Source: Candidatus Latescibacterota bacterium
GTDB lineage: Bacteria; Latescibacterota; UBA2968; GCA-2709665
Reading direction: 5' to 3'
NCBI GenBank assembly: GCA_965219995.1
Contig: CBDCOX010000002.1
Location: 512,001-576,000 of the forward strand
DNA: 64,000 nt
Position numbers and translations under genes: made by a program. Below the pieces are notes generated by a model, which searched no databases, was not told the DNA's origin, and worked only from the letters and a program-made list of their open reading frames with translations. Shown here one piece after another: positions 42,276 to 51,700 of the stretch; position 1 is the stretch's first letter; every line of letters begins with the position of its first letter.

Positions 42276-43174
42276 ACCGGCCATTCCATCCTGGCGCGGG
42301 ACAGGCAGTGGAAGCCGGCGTTCTCCACGTTTCTTCGGTTTCCGGCTGGCGCGGGCTGTTCTGGAAGCGGCTCCTGAAGAACCGACTCGCGGCCGCCGGC
42401 GGCGGGGTCCTGTTGGTATTCCTGCTGCTGGCCGTCGCCGCGCCGCTGGTGGCGCCGCAAGATCCCCTTGCCCAGAACCTGTACGATCGCCTCCAACCCC
42501 CGTCGCTGGCCAATCCGTTCGGCACGGATGATTTCGGCAGGGACGTGTTGAGCCGTGTTATCCACGGTGCGCGGATATCGCTTCGGGTGGGGGTTACTGC
42601 AGTTCTGATCGCACTGGTCGTGGGCGTCCCGATCGGGCTGGCCTCGGGATACTGGGGCGGCGCCCTGGATCAGGCGCTGATGCGGGCAATGGACCTGATG
42701 CTCGCGTTTCCCAGCATCCTTCTGGCCATAGCCATTGTTGCGATCCTTGGACCGGGGCTGGAAAACGCGATGCTGGCCGTCGGAATCGTGGCGGTGCCGC
42801 AGTACGCGCGGCTGGTGCGGGCGTCGGCGCTGGCCGTGCGCGGACAGGATTACGTTCAGGCCGTGAGAGCGCTTGGCGGCGGTGATTTTCGAATCCTGTT
42901 TTCCTCGGTTCTACCGAACTGCCTTACGCCCCTGATCGTTCAGTCCACGCTGGGTCTGGCGACGGCCATTCTCGATGCGGCGGGCCTGAGCTTTCTGGGA
43001 TTGGGCGCGCAGCCGCCGTTGCCGGAGTGGGGTGCGATGTTGACCGGCGGACGGGAACTGGTACTGCGTGCGCCGTGGGTCCTGACGTTTCCCGGCCTCG
43101 CCATTTTCCTGACCGTACTGGCCTTTAACCTGGTCGGAGACGGATTGCGGGATGCACTGGATCCACGGACCTGA
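42272..43174 (+). CDS. dppC: Peptide ABC transporter permease
   Basis: FGTDDFGRD, LSFLGLG, GDGLRDALDP; ATG at 42272 overlaps the upstream stop. Confidence 0.92.
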   Translation: MNRPFHPGAGQAVEAGVLHVSSVSGWRGLFWKRLLKNRLAAAGGGVLLVFLLLAVAAPLVAPQDPLAQNLYDRLQPPSLANPFGTDDFGRDVLSRVIHGARISLRVGVTAVLIALVVGVPIGLASGYWGGALDQALMRAMDLMLAFPSILLAIAIVAILGPGLENAMLAVGIVAVPQYARLVRASALAVRGQDYVQAVRALGGGDFRILFSSVLPNCLTPLIVQSTLGLATAILDAAGLSFLGLGAQPPLPEWGAMLTGGRELVLRAPWVLTFPGLAIFLTVLAFNLVGDGLRDALDPRT

Positions 43175-43192
43175 CCCGGCTGGAGAAAGCCT

Positions 43193-43221
43193 TTGACTTC
43201 CACGTTTCCGTGGCCTATATT
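43193..43221 (+). promoter_or_regulatory. sigma70 promoter of the putative ncRNA
   Basis: TTGACT(43193-43198)-N17-TATATT(43216-43221). Confidence 0.7.
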
Positions 43222-43227
43222 TTCGCT

Positions 43228-43485
43228 TACACGGAAAGGAGGTGGTCAAATGAGCGATATGACCAGTGGAGGTGGCTGTAGTTAGGTGCGCTGCCGGGTG
43301 CGGGAGAACATCTCGTCTGGTAACGCGCCTGGCGAATCTAAGCAGTCATCGAAAGACAGGCGATCCGTCATACCGACGGGCCCCGGCGATACGTGTGGGG
43401 GCGCCGTGAGATGGAAGCCGTCTCGAGCAATGCGCCGTGGTGAGATGTGGCCGGAACGCCGGCTCCCGATCGCGGCGCATTTTTT
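43228..43485 (+). ncRNA. Putative unassigned structured RNA with an extended SD and an 11-codon ORF (43250-43285)
   Basis: Own promoter; GAAAGGAGGTGGTC at 43234-43247; nested helices 43286-43480 closed by a T run; separate rplM promoter follows. Confidence 0.6.
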
Positions 43486-43504
43486 GATGAATAAGTGTTT
43501 GTGC

Positions 43505-43533
43505 TTGACAGAAATTAACGTGTTTTATATCTT
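43505..43533 (+). promoter_or_regulatory. rplM-rpsI promoter
   Basis: TTGACA-N17-TATCTT. Confidence 0.7.
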
Positions 43534-43615
43534 TTGAGGCTTGACATTGTGTGCAAATGCCGTTGAGAGGAGGTGAATTCGAAATTGGCGTGCACGTGGA
43601 CGCCATTCGGATTTT

Positions 43616-44050
43616 ATGAATACGCCGAGCGCAAAAAAGTCAGACGTCGAACGCAGATGGTTTCTCGCTGATGCCGAAGGCAAGGTGCTGGGTCGCTTCG
43701 CGAGCGAGGTGGCACGGATTCTGATGGGCAAACACAAACCGTTTTATACGCCGCACGTGGATACCGGCGATCATGTGATCGTGGTAAACACCGGCAAGCT
43801 CGTTGTCAAAGGCGCCAACAAACCCGATCAAAAGGTCTATACGAGCTTCAGTGGTTATCCGGGCGGCCTGAAAACAAAGACACTCAAGCGGGCGCTCGAG
43901 ACCCAGCCTGTGTTCGTGCTGGAGCATGCCATCCGGGGGATGTTGCCTCGTACAAAGCTGGGGCGCAGGATGATCAAAAAAGTCCGGATCTACGCGGGGC
44001 CCGATCATCCGCATCAGAGTCAGGTGCCCGAAGCGATCGACCTGATTTGA
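43616..44050 (+). CDS. rplM: 50S ribosomal protein L13
   Basis: LGR.AS..A..L.GKHKP.YTPHVDTGD, GYPGGLK, GMLP, HPH. Confidence 0.98.
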   Translation: MNTPSAKKSDVERRWFLADAEGKVLGRFASEVARILMGKHKPFYTPHVDTGDHVIVVNTGKLVVKGANKPDQKVYTSFSGYPGGLKTKTLKRALETQPVFVLEHAIRGMLPRTKLGRRMIKKVRIYAGPDHPHQSQVPEAIDLI

Positions 44051-44105
44051 TTTTCGCCGAATCGAAGCATCCTTCGAAATTCGTTGACCGAGAGGAGGTC
44101 GGGTC

Positions 44106-44498
44106 TTGGCAGAATTCCTTGCTTCTGCCAGAGGCCGGCGCAAGTCGGCCACGGCAAACGTGAAACTGTTTTCCGGGTCCGGAGAGATTACGATCAATGG
44201 CGCGCCGATTCTGGATTATCTGAAGCGGGAGACGCTGGTGATGATCGTGGAACAGCCGCTGGCGATTACGGAGACCGTCGGGCAGTACAATATCGCCGCC
44301 AGCACCAAGGGCGGCGGTCTCAGCGGCCAGGCCGGCGCCGTAAGGCTGGGCATCGCTCGAAGCCTGCTCGCCCTGAACGAAGACCTCAAGGGGCCGCTGC
44401 GGGAGGCGGGGCTGCTGACCCGCGACGCGCGAGAAGTGGAGCGGAAGAAGCCGGGCCGCCCCGGAGCGCGCAAGCGGTTCCAGTTTTCGAAACGCTAG
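44106..44498 (+). CDS. rpsI: 30S ribosomal protein S9
   Basis: GRRK, GGGLSGQAGA, LTRD.R..ERKK, QFSKR. Confidence 0.98.
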   Translation: MAEFLASARGRRKSATANVKLFSGSGEITINGAPILDYLKRETLVMIVEQPLAITETVGQYNIAASTKGGGLSGQAGAVRLGIARSLLALNEDLKGPLREAGLLTRDAREVERKKPGRPGARKRFQFSKR

Positions 44499-44549
44499 CC
44501 AACCATTTTATGAATGGCGTGTTGCGCAGATCCGGCAGCGCGCCTATTT

Positions 44550-44643
44550 CACATGTGTCCCGACTTCAGGCCGGGTGTCGGTTTCCGACGGGCCTGCGGA
44601 ATGACGGCCACAGAGGTTCAACCCGGAGTCGCCGGAGGATTGT
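44550..44643 (+). promoter_or_regulatory. Putative S2 (rpsB) autoregulatory leader
   Basis: CACA...GGGTG-hairpin...GAGG..AACC arrangement immediately upstream of rpsB. Confidence 0.5.
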
Positions 44644-45408
44644 ATGGCTGTCGTTGAAATGAAAGCGTTGCTCGAGGCCGGAGTCCACTTCGGGCATCAG
44701 ACTCGCCGTTGGAACCCGAAGATGAGAAAGTTCATCTTTATGGAACGCAACGGCATCTACATTGTCGATCTGCAGAAGACAATGAATCAGATCGAGGAAG
44801 CCTGCCAGATGATCAGTCAGGCCGTGGAACGGGGTGAATCCGTCCTCTTCGTGGGCACGAAGAAACAGGCGAAGGACGTCATTCTTCGGGAAGCGAAGCG
44901 TTGTGAGATGTTTCACGTCACCGAGCGCTGGCTTGGCGGGATGTTGACGAATTACCAGACCATCCGTCAGAGTATTCGGCGCCTCGAAACGCTCGACAAG
45001 ATGGGCGCCGACGGAACCTACGAGAAGTTGACCAAGAAAGAGGTGCTGCGGCTGGAACGTGAGCGGGAGAAACTGGAGAGATCCCTGAGCGGTATCCGGG
45101 ATATGGGTCGTCTGCCCGGATTGGTGTTCGTGATAGATATCAAGAAGGAGAGGATCGCCGTTCACGAAGCGAGGCGTCTCAATATTCCTGTGGTGGCCAT
45201 CGTCGACACCAACTGCAATCCGGACGACGTCGACTATCCGATTCCCGGAAACGACGACGCCATCCGATCTATCGGACTCATCACCCGGCTCGTGTCGGAT
45301 GCGGTGCTCGAGGGTCAGAAGATTCGACGGGAGGGCCCCGACAGGGTGGACGACGAACCCCAGTTGCTCGGACCGGAAATTACAGAAATTACCGAAGCCA
45401 GCGAATAA
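44644..45408 (+). CDS. rpsB: 30S ribosomal protein S2
   Basis: [37 protein letters not shown]. Confidence 0.98.
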   Translation: MAVVEMKALLEAGVHFGHQTRRWNPKMRKFIFMERNGIYIVDLQKTMNQIEEACQMISQAVERGESVLFVGTKKQAKDVILREAKRCEMFHVTERWLGGMLTNYQTIRQSIRRLETLDKMGADGTYEKLTKKEVLRLEREREKLERSLSGIRDMGRLPGLVFVIDIKKERIAVHEARRLNIPVVAIVDTNCNPDDVDYPIPGNDDAIRSIGLITRLVSDAVLEGQKIRREGPDRVDDEPQLLGPEITEITEASE

Positions 45409-45453
45409 CAGACGAGTCGGAAGGGAAAGGCGTAACGCCAGCGGGGAGAAACC

Positions 45454-46053
45454 ATGGCGATTTCAGCAAAGATGGTTCAGGAACTGCGCGCCAAGACCAA
45501 CGTGGGCATGATGGACTGCAAGAAGGCGCTCGTCGAGAGTGACGGGGACATGGAAGAAGCCATCGAGCTCCTGCGCACCCGCGGGGTTGCCAAGGCGGAA
45601 GACCGTTCTCACAGGGCGGCGAAGGAAGGGCTGATTGCGTCGTATATACACACCGGCAGCAAGCTGGGCGTAATGCTGGAGGTCAACAGCGAGACCGACT
45701 TCGTCGCCCGAACCGATCAGTTCCAGACCTTTGTCCGCGACCTGGCGATGCACATCGCCGCCAGCGCGCCGGCCGCCGTGAGCCGCGACGAGCTGGACGA
45801 AGCGAGCATCGAGCGCGAACGCAGAATCTTCAGACAGCAGGCGCTCGACGAGGGCAAACCCGAGCGGGTAATCGACCGGATCGTAGAGGGTCGGCTCGAA
45901 AAGTACTTCCAGGATGTCTGCCTGATGGAACAGCCCTTCGTGAAGGATCCGGACAAGACGGTCAAAGACCTGCTGATGGACCTGATCGCCCAGTGCGGCG
46001 AGAATGTCACCGTCAGACGGTTCGTGCGTTTTGTTCTCGGCGAGGAGAGTTGA
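45454..46053 (+). CDS. tsf: Elongation factor Ts (short form)
   Basis: GMMDCKKAL, EVNSETDFVA, ENVTVRRFVR. Confidence 0.97.
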   Translation: MAISAKMVQELRAKTNVGMMDCKKALVESDGDMEEAIELLRTRGVAKAEDRSHRAAKEGLIASYIHTGSKLGVMLEVNSETDFVARTDQFQTFVRDLAMHIAASAPAAVSRDELDEASIERERRIFRQQALDEGKPERVIDRIVEGRLEKYFQDVCLMEQPFVKDPDKTVKDLLMDLIAQCGENVTVRRFVRFVLGEES

Positions 46054-46122
46054 AGGCGCCCGGCGTTGGTCAGTGAGAAAGTAGACGCAGTTTGTTCGCT
46101 TTCTTGGCGGGGGATGCAGGAT

Positions 46123-46680
46123 ATGGTTGATGAGATTCTTTCAGAGACCAGGCAGTCGATGGTAAAAGCCGTGGAAGCGTTTCAGCACGAAATCTCCACG
46201 GTTCGCACGGGGCGCGCAAACACGTCATTGCTGGACAATATCCGCGCCGAATATTACGGCACCCAGGTGCCGCTCAACCAGGTGGCCACCATTGGCATTC
46301 CGGAGCCGCGGCTCATCGTTCTTCAGCCGTGGGACAAGAGCGCAATTCCGGCGATTGAAAAGGCCATACAGACGTCGAATCTGGGCCTGACGCCGTCCAA
46401 TGACGGGACCGTCATTCGTCTGCCGATCCCGCACCTGACGGAAGAGCGCCGCACGGAACTCGTGCGAGTGGTGCGCCAGATGGCGGAAGAGTGCAAGGTC
46501 TCCGTGCGCAATGCCAGGCGGGACGCCAACGAGATGTTCAAAGACGGTCAGAAAGAGGGCGAGATCCCTGAAGACGATTCGCGGAAGGGGCAGGACCAGG
46601 TGCAGAAGCTGACCGACGATTTCGTGGCGGAGATCGACACGCTGCTGGCGCGGAAGGAAGAAGAAATCATGGAGGTCTGA
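46123..46680 (+). CDS. frr: Ribosome recycling factor
   Basis: RTGRA, LTEERR, VRNARRD, KEEEIM. Confidence 0.97.
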   Translation: MVDEILSETRQSMVKAVEAFQHEISTVRTGRANTSLLDNIRAEYYGTQVPLNQVATIGIPEPRLIVLQPWDKSAIPAIEKAIQTSNLGLTPSNDGTVIRLPIPHLTEERRTELVRVVRQMAEECKVSVRNARRDANEMFKDGQKEGEIPEDDSRKGQDQVQKLTDDFVAEIDTLLARKEEEIMEV

Positions 46681-46780
46681 ATCCCCTTGAATGTTCCCCG
46701 CCAATCGCTGCTTTCATGTCGTCCGAAGGCGGCGGTTCTTTTTTGCCGTGTCGATCGCCGCTTGTCGGGTATGCTCTGAT

Positions 46781-47515
46781 ATGCTCTTGCTGACGGTTGT
46801 CGCGATCGTGTTTGTGGCGGCGCTGGTCCATTCGACACTCGGGTTCGGAACTGCTCTCGTGGCGATGCCGATGCTCGTGGCGTTGCTCGACGTGAACGTG
46901 GCGACGCCTCTCGTCGGCCTGACGATGCTGACCACGATCGCCCTGCTTCTGGTTGGAACCTGGCGGGACCTGGACGTCAGGGCCGCATTGCATCTGCTCG
47001 TCGCGTCGATTCCGGGAATTCCACTGGGTCTGCTAATCCTTCGGTACGCCCCCCAGGATGCCTTCAGGGCGGGGCTTGGATTTCTGCTCATCGCGATCGG
47101 TCTGTATAACTTGCGGACGTCGGTACTGCCCAGGCTGGAGCACATCCGGTGGGCGCACCTGTTCGGCTTCGTGTCCGGTTTTCTTGGCAGCGCATACAAC
47201 GTGAACGCGGCGCCGGTGGCGGTTTACGGGATCCTGAAGCGTTGGCCGCCAGAAGGCTTCAGGGCGACGCTGCAGGGGTACTTCTTTCCCTCGACCCTGC
47301 TCATTGTCTGCAGCCATGCGTTGGCCGGGCTGTGGACCGGGGACGTTTTCGGATTCTATCTGCCGGCCGTGCCTGCCATCATTGTCGCCGTTTTTCTGGG
47401 TAGGATCATCGGCGCGCGCATCGCTCCCGCCCGATTTCAACGAGTACTCTACGTGGCGCTGTTGGCGTTCGGTTTGATGCTCCTGGTGTCCCCCGTAATG
47501 GCGGCCGTGTATTGA
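46781..47515 (+). CDS. Sulfite exporter TauE/SafE family protein
   Basis: GFGTALVAMP, FRATLQGYF, multiple TM segments. Confidence 0.85.
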   Translation: MLLLTVVAIVFVAALVHSTLGFGTALVAMPMLVALLDVNVATPLVGLTMLTTIALLLVGTWRDLDVRAALHLLVASIPGIPLGLLILRYAPQDAFRAGLGFLLIAIGLYNLRTSVLPRLEHIRWAHLFGFVSGFLGSAYNVNAAPVAVYGILKRWPPEGFRATLQGYFFPSTLLIVCSHALAGLWTGDVFGFYLPAVPAIIVAVFLGRIIGARIAPARFQRVLYVALLAFGLMLLVSPVMAAVY

Positions 47516-47606
47516 CGCATTGCGAAATTGGATTCGCAGGGACCTGTCTTTCGCGCGTATCGCGATTTTGGCGTATTTCGTAGTGAATCTTCGAAAGGAG
47601 AAAGGC

Positions 47607-47969
47607 GTGAACGCGACACAACCTATGGTCGTGCACTACGTCAAGGATATGGCCAGAGCGTTGCCTTTTTACCGCGACGTCATCGGACTCCAGGTGGAGT
47701 TCGAATCGTCCGGATGGACGACGTTTCGTTGCGGCGGATGCATCGTGGCGCTCCACATCCTGTCTGCCGGGATGTCCGAGGGCGCCGTCGTCCACGCGGG
47801 GCTGAATCTTCACGTGGACGATCTCGACGCCGCGGTGAAGGAAGTCTCGGCCGGCGGCGGCGAGGTCAGAAACATCCGGGAAGCCGGCGGCGGCATACCG
47901 GTGCGTATCGCCGTCATCAGCGATACGGAAGGCAACGTCTTCGAACTGCGCCAGTACGTCGGCGAGTGA
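47607..47969 (+). CDS. VOC/glyoxalase family protein
   Basis: VKDMARA..FYRDVIG, VDDLDA, DTEGNVFEL. Confidence 0.88.
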   Translation: MNATQPMVVHYVKDMARALPFYRDVIGLQVEFESSGWTTFRCGGCIVALHILSAGMSEGAVVHAGLNLHVDDLDAAVKEVSAGGGEVRNIREAGGGIPVRIAVISDTEGNVFELRQYVGE

Positions 47970-48127
47970 TATCGGATGTCGGCAGGATGAATACATCGGG
48001 ACGCCCTTGATCGCGGAGGGTCTGCGACGTGGTTCCCGATCTTGAATTCGCGTGGCACCCTGAACGGAAGGTTCGATGCGTCCGCCGGTGCCAATTTCCT
48101 GTTCAACCACCAGAAGGAGGTCTTTTC

Positions 48128-48658
48128 GTGAAGAACTGCGTACTCGCCGTCGTCCTGTCTGCTGTTGTTCTGTTCGCCTGGGGCTTTTTGTCGTGGGCGA
48201 TATTGCCGTGGCACAATGCGGTTGCAAACAAATTCGCAGACGAATCGGCTGTTTCAGCGGTCCTCAAGGAAAACGCGCCGGCCGCGGGAATGTACTATCT
48301 CCCGTTTGCCGAGGAAGACCTCAAACCTGGGGCGCTGTTCGCACTTGCGAACGTCCTGCCCGATGGCGTCGACGGGACCATGGCCGGAATGATGGGGCTT
48401 GGCCTGCTCGGTCAGGCGGTGTCCGCCGCGCTCGTTATTCTTCTGCTGTGCAGAACCTCGATTCCGGACTACTGGGGGCGGGTCCGTTTCGTCGCGCTTG
48501 CGGGCGTGGCGATCGGTTTTGTCAGCCACTTTCCGTACTGGAACTGGTTCGGCTTCTCGACTTCCTATACGCTCGTTATCATTGTGGACTCCCTGATCGC
48601 CTGGTTCCTCGCCGGGCTCGTCCTGGCGAAATTCGTAGAGGGAAAATCGGGGTCGTAA
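48128..48658 (+). CDS. Hypothetical membrane protein
   Basis: About 4 TM segments, YWNWFGF motif, AAGGAGG RBS. Confidence 0.7.
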   Translation: MKNCVLAVVLSAVVLFAWGFLSWAILPWHNAVANKFADESAVSAVLKENAPAAGMYYLPFAEEDLKPGALFALANVLPDGVDGTMAGMMGLGLLGQAVSAALVILLLCRTSIPDYWGRVRFVALAGVAIGFVSHFPYWNWFGFSTSYTLVIIVDSLIAWFLAGLVLAKFVEGKSGS

Positions 48659-48964
48659 TCGGGCGGCCGGGCCGTTCCGTACCACGGCCCATGATGTACG
48701 GATTTTCGGTAGACGACCGCGAGGTGATTCAACCCGCGGTCGTTCTTATATGGGTTTCAATGGACGCTCAATCCGTCGGTATAAGGCGATGTCCCGTCCG
48801 TATGGCATGTGGATGATCAGATGTGCGCACGCGTTCAGCGCCTTGATTTATCGTGGAGGAGGTCTTATTTTCCGGTACGCAAAGATTTCTCTGTGTTAAG
48901 GTGAGTTCCCTTCGCGTGGGTGAGTTGTATCGAGTAAGAGAATTGCTTCAGACTGAGGTTTCGA

Positions 48965-49882
48965 ATGGCGTCGCAACAATCGGGGTTGTCTTCACAGGTG
49001 GACCGGACGAGCCGAACGGCCAATCTGGCGGCGTGCGTACGTGCGTACCACGCTCGTTGGCACGAGTCGCCGATTTTCGATGACGTCTACGCATACGATT
49101 TGATATCGGATTTCTGGCGTGCGATTGCCAGGTATAGATTGCTCAGCCAAATTGTCGTCCACACCGTGTTCCGGTCGTTTCGCCCCATACACACCGAGAT
49201 TATCCTGCGTGCGAGGTACGCCGAAGACCGTCTGATGGACGCCCTGGCAGCGGGCGTCGAGCAGTATGTTATTCTCGGGGCGGGCCTGGATTCCTTCTCC
49301 ATGCGTCAGGAGGGGATCTCGGAGACATTGCGGATCTTCGAGCTGGACCATCCTGCGACGCAGGAAATGAAGCGCGAAAAGGTCCTGGGCGTCATTGGCG
49401 GGATCCCGGCGAATCTGGTATTCGTACCCATCGATTTTGAAACCGATCACCTCGACGATGCGCTTGTCCGGGCGGATTTCGACCCTCAGACGCCCTCCTT
49501 CTTCTCGTGGCTGGGGACGACCTATTATCTCACCAAAGACGCGATACGCGAAACACTTGCCCGCATTGCGGGCGTGGCGGCCCCGGGAAGCCGCATGGTT
49601 CTCGACTACAAGATTGAAAGGGATCTCGTTCCGGTGGAGAGCCTGCCGTTCGCGGACAGGCTGGACCGCTTTGTGGCTCGCCGCGGTGAACCGATGCTCT
49701 CCACGTTTACGCCCGAAGAGCTGCGGGGCGTGATGTCAGGGTTCGGCTTTTCGGAAGTGGAAGACATCCCGGCAGGCGATCAGAAACGCCGATACCTGAA
49801 CGAGAGATCCGGCCTGGTGGATCCGGCGCCGAATTTTTCCTTCGCGCTGTATCGTATGGGCCGCAGGGGAGAAGAGACGTGA
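48965..49882 (+). CDS. SAM-dependent methyltransferase (leucine carboxyl methyltransferase-like)
   Basis: RARYAED, QYVILGAGLDS, FELDHPATQ, WLG..YYL. Confidence 0.9.
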   Translation: MASQQSGLSSQVDRTSRTANLAACVRAYHARWHESPIFDDVYAYDLISDFWRAIARYRLLSQIVVHTVFRSFRPIHTEIILRARYAEDRLMDALAAGVEQYVILGAGLDSFSMRQEGISETLRIFELDHPATQEMKREKVLGVIGGIPANLVFVPIDFETDHLDDALVRADFDPQTPSFFSWLGTTYYLTKDAIRETLARIAGVAAPGSRMVLDYKIERDLVPVESLPFADRLDRFVARRGEPMLSTFTPEELRGVMSGFGFSEVEDIPAGDQKRRYLNERSGLVDPAPNFSFALYRMGRRGEET

Positions 49883-49935
49883 AGATAACCCGGTGTCCGG
49901 AACGTCCGAACGCCGGAAGCTGAAGGGTTGTAGCG

Positions 49936-50394
49936 ATGTCAGATGAAGGAAAAAAGCCGCGAACGATCTCTCTCCGTCAAGGCCTCCTGTTGATCTTCGT
50001 CCTTGGGTGCGTGGGACTAGGCGCCGAATTGCTGCTGCTGGGCCATTTCCAGGAGTGGAGGCAGCAGGTGCCCCTCGCGCTGCTTGCTTTGGGCCTCGTC
50101 CTGGTGGCGATGCTTGTTCGCTTTAAGGGGCGGGTCGTCCTCCGGCTCTTTCGGCTCGCGATGCTGGCGTTCGTACTGGGGGGAATCGCGGGATTCTGGT
50201 TTCATATCAACGGGAACATGGAATTCGAGCTGGAGATGAATTCGAGGTTGACCGGCTGGGCGCTTGTGTCCAGGACCGCCGGCGGCGCCCTTCCGGTCCT
50301 GGCGCCCGGCGCGCTCGTCCAGCTCGGTTTGATCGGCTTACTTTACACGTACCGGCATCCCGGTCTGGGCTCGGGACGACCTGAATCGGATTAG
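49936..50394 (+). CDS. Hypothetical membrane protein
   Basis: About 4 TM segments; ELLLLGH, H..GN.EFELE, PVLAPG. Confidence 0.7.
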   Translation: MSDEGKKPRTISLRQGLLLIFVLGCVGLGAELLLLGHFQEWRQQVPLALLALGLVLVAMLVRFKGRVVLRLFRLAMLAFVLGGIAGFWFHINGNMEFELEMNSRLTGWALVSRTAGGALPVLAPGALVQLGLIGLLYTYRHPGLGSGRPESD

Positions 50395-50467
50395 CGTATT
50401 CAGGGAGCATATGTTACGTCTCGATCTCCTTCAGAACTGCGGTAATCCGTTTTCCGGACCGAAGACT

Positions 50468-50773
50468 GAATGAAAGCAAAGAGCGGCGCGTCTCCGGGCA
50501 GATGCGCCGCTCTCATTCTCGTACAGCTGGCGGTTGTCGAGATTTGGAAATCCCTGAGGAATTCCTAATAGACCATACGGTCGTCCATATTGTGCCATTC
50601 CCGAAAGACCGGCAGCGCTGCGTCCCGCATGAACTGATGGGACGGGATTCGCCGCTCGATCCTCGGCAATTGTATCTCCCGGTAAAAGAATCCGTCGTCG
50701 AAACCGATTTCCGCCGCGTCTTTGGCGGTATTGGCGTAGTAAATCTTCTCGATCCTTGCCCAGTAGATGGCGG
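50468..50773. repeat. 306-bp direct repeat copy 1 (orphan 3' part of the deaminase plus terminator)
   Basis: Matches 53461-53766 with one mismatch seen (gatttgg/gaattgg). Confidence 0.95.
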
Positions 50774-50914
50774 GTGGGTTAGTGCCTGCAATGAGTGAGC
50801 ATTAAGCCCTCCTTCAGATTGTGACAAGCTTACCTCTTTGAAGATGAGTCTCTTGTTGCGTGACGAAAAATCGAAATAAAGCTCATGACGCCGTTACTGT
50901 TGACGATCGTCGTG

Positions 50915-50943
50915 TTGACAACGGCACCTCAAGGCCGTATGTT
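50915..50943 (+). promoter_or_regulatory. Promoter of the island operon
   Basis: TTGACA-N17-TATGTT. Confidence 0.6.
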
Positions 50944-50999
50944 CGTCGCGACGTATGAGAACCGGCATTGCGCGACCGGAACGATTACAAGGAATTGCG

Positions 51000-51692
51000 A
51001 TGAATTGCATTCACGGGAACGCCAAACCCGATAACAATACGAAGTTGCGTCTATTTGCCAGTTCTGCCGGATTCTGCCAGCGTCCGCAGTGTAACACACC
51101 TCTATTTATTGACCTTGAAGAAAAGTTCATTCATTTTGCGGAGATTGCACACATAATATCGGCATCTCCAATGGGTCCTCGTGGAGCCGGCGAGAGTGGC
51201 GCGGCTCTGGCTACATTTGAGAATCTGATCCTTTTGTGTCCAAACTGCCACGTAATCGTCGATAAGGCGCACGAAGAGTACCCACAGTCTATGTTGACTG
51301 CTTGGAAGGCTGACCATGTAAGCCGCATTTCAGGCATTTTCGGAGCAATCAAATATCCAGACAGAAGAACGGCGCGTGTAGCCATTGAACCTTTTCTTGA
51401 TGAGAACCGTGCCATTTTTCGCCAATACGGCCCAGAAAACGACTATAGCCAAAACCCCGAGAGCGAATATGCAGATATTTGGAAGCGCAAAGTCTTGAAA
51501 AAAATCCTCCCAAACAATCGAAAGCTATTGCTCACAATTGATGCTAATCGTCATCACTTACGTAACAACGAACGATCGGTGGTTGAGTCATTTCGACAGC
51601 ATGTAGATGACTTGGAATCAAGGCATTTGGCAAGACCGAAATCAATTCAAGGTAGTCGTTTTCCTGAAGAAATGAACGAACTGTTTATCTGA
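51000..51692 (+). CDS. HNH endonuclease with C-terminal helical domain
   Basis: SAGFCQRPQC...AEIAHI..ASPMGPRG...ENLILLCPNCH..VD. Confidence 0.85.
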   Translation: MNCIHGNAKPDNNTKLRLFASSAGFCQRPQCNTPLFIDLEEKFIHFAEIAHIISASPMGPRGAGESGAALATFENLILLCPNCHVIVDKAHEEYPQSMLTAWKADHVSRISGIFGAIKYPDRRTARVAIEPFLDENRAIFRQYGPENDYSQNPESEYADIWKRKVLKKILPNNRKLLLTIDANRHHLRNNERSVVESFRQHVDDLESRHLARPKSIQGSRFPEEMNELFI

Positions 51693-51700
51693 GATTGACA

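Noticed and set aside
43228-43485. Assignment as tmRNA, SRP, RNase P, 6S or a known riboswitch
   Set aside because: No tRNA-like ends or CCA, no GGAAGCAGC SRP loop, no GAGGAAAGTCC, and a multibranched rather than rod-like fold; an Rfam scan is still needed
50502-50798. ORFs 50502-50798 and 53495-53989 as duplicated genes
   Set aside because: They are antisense to the deaminase sequence within the direct repeat
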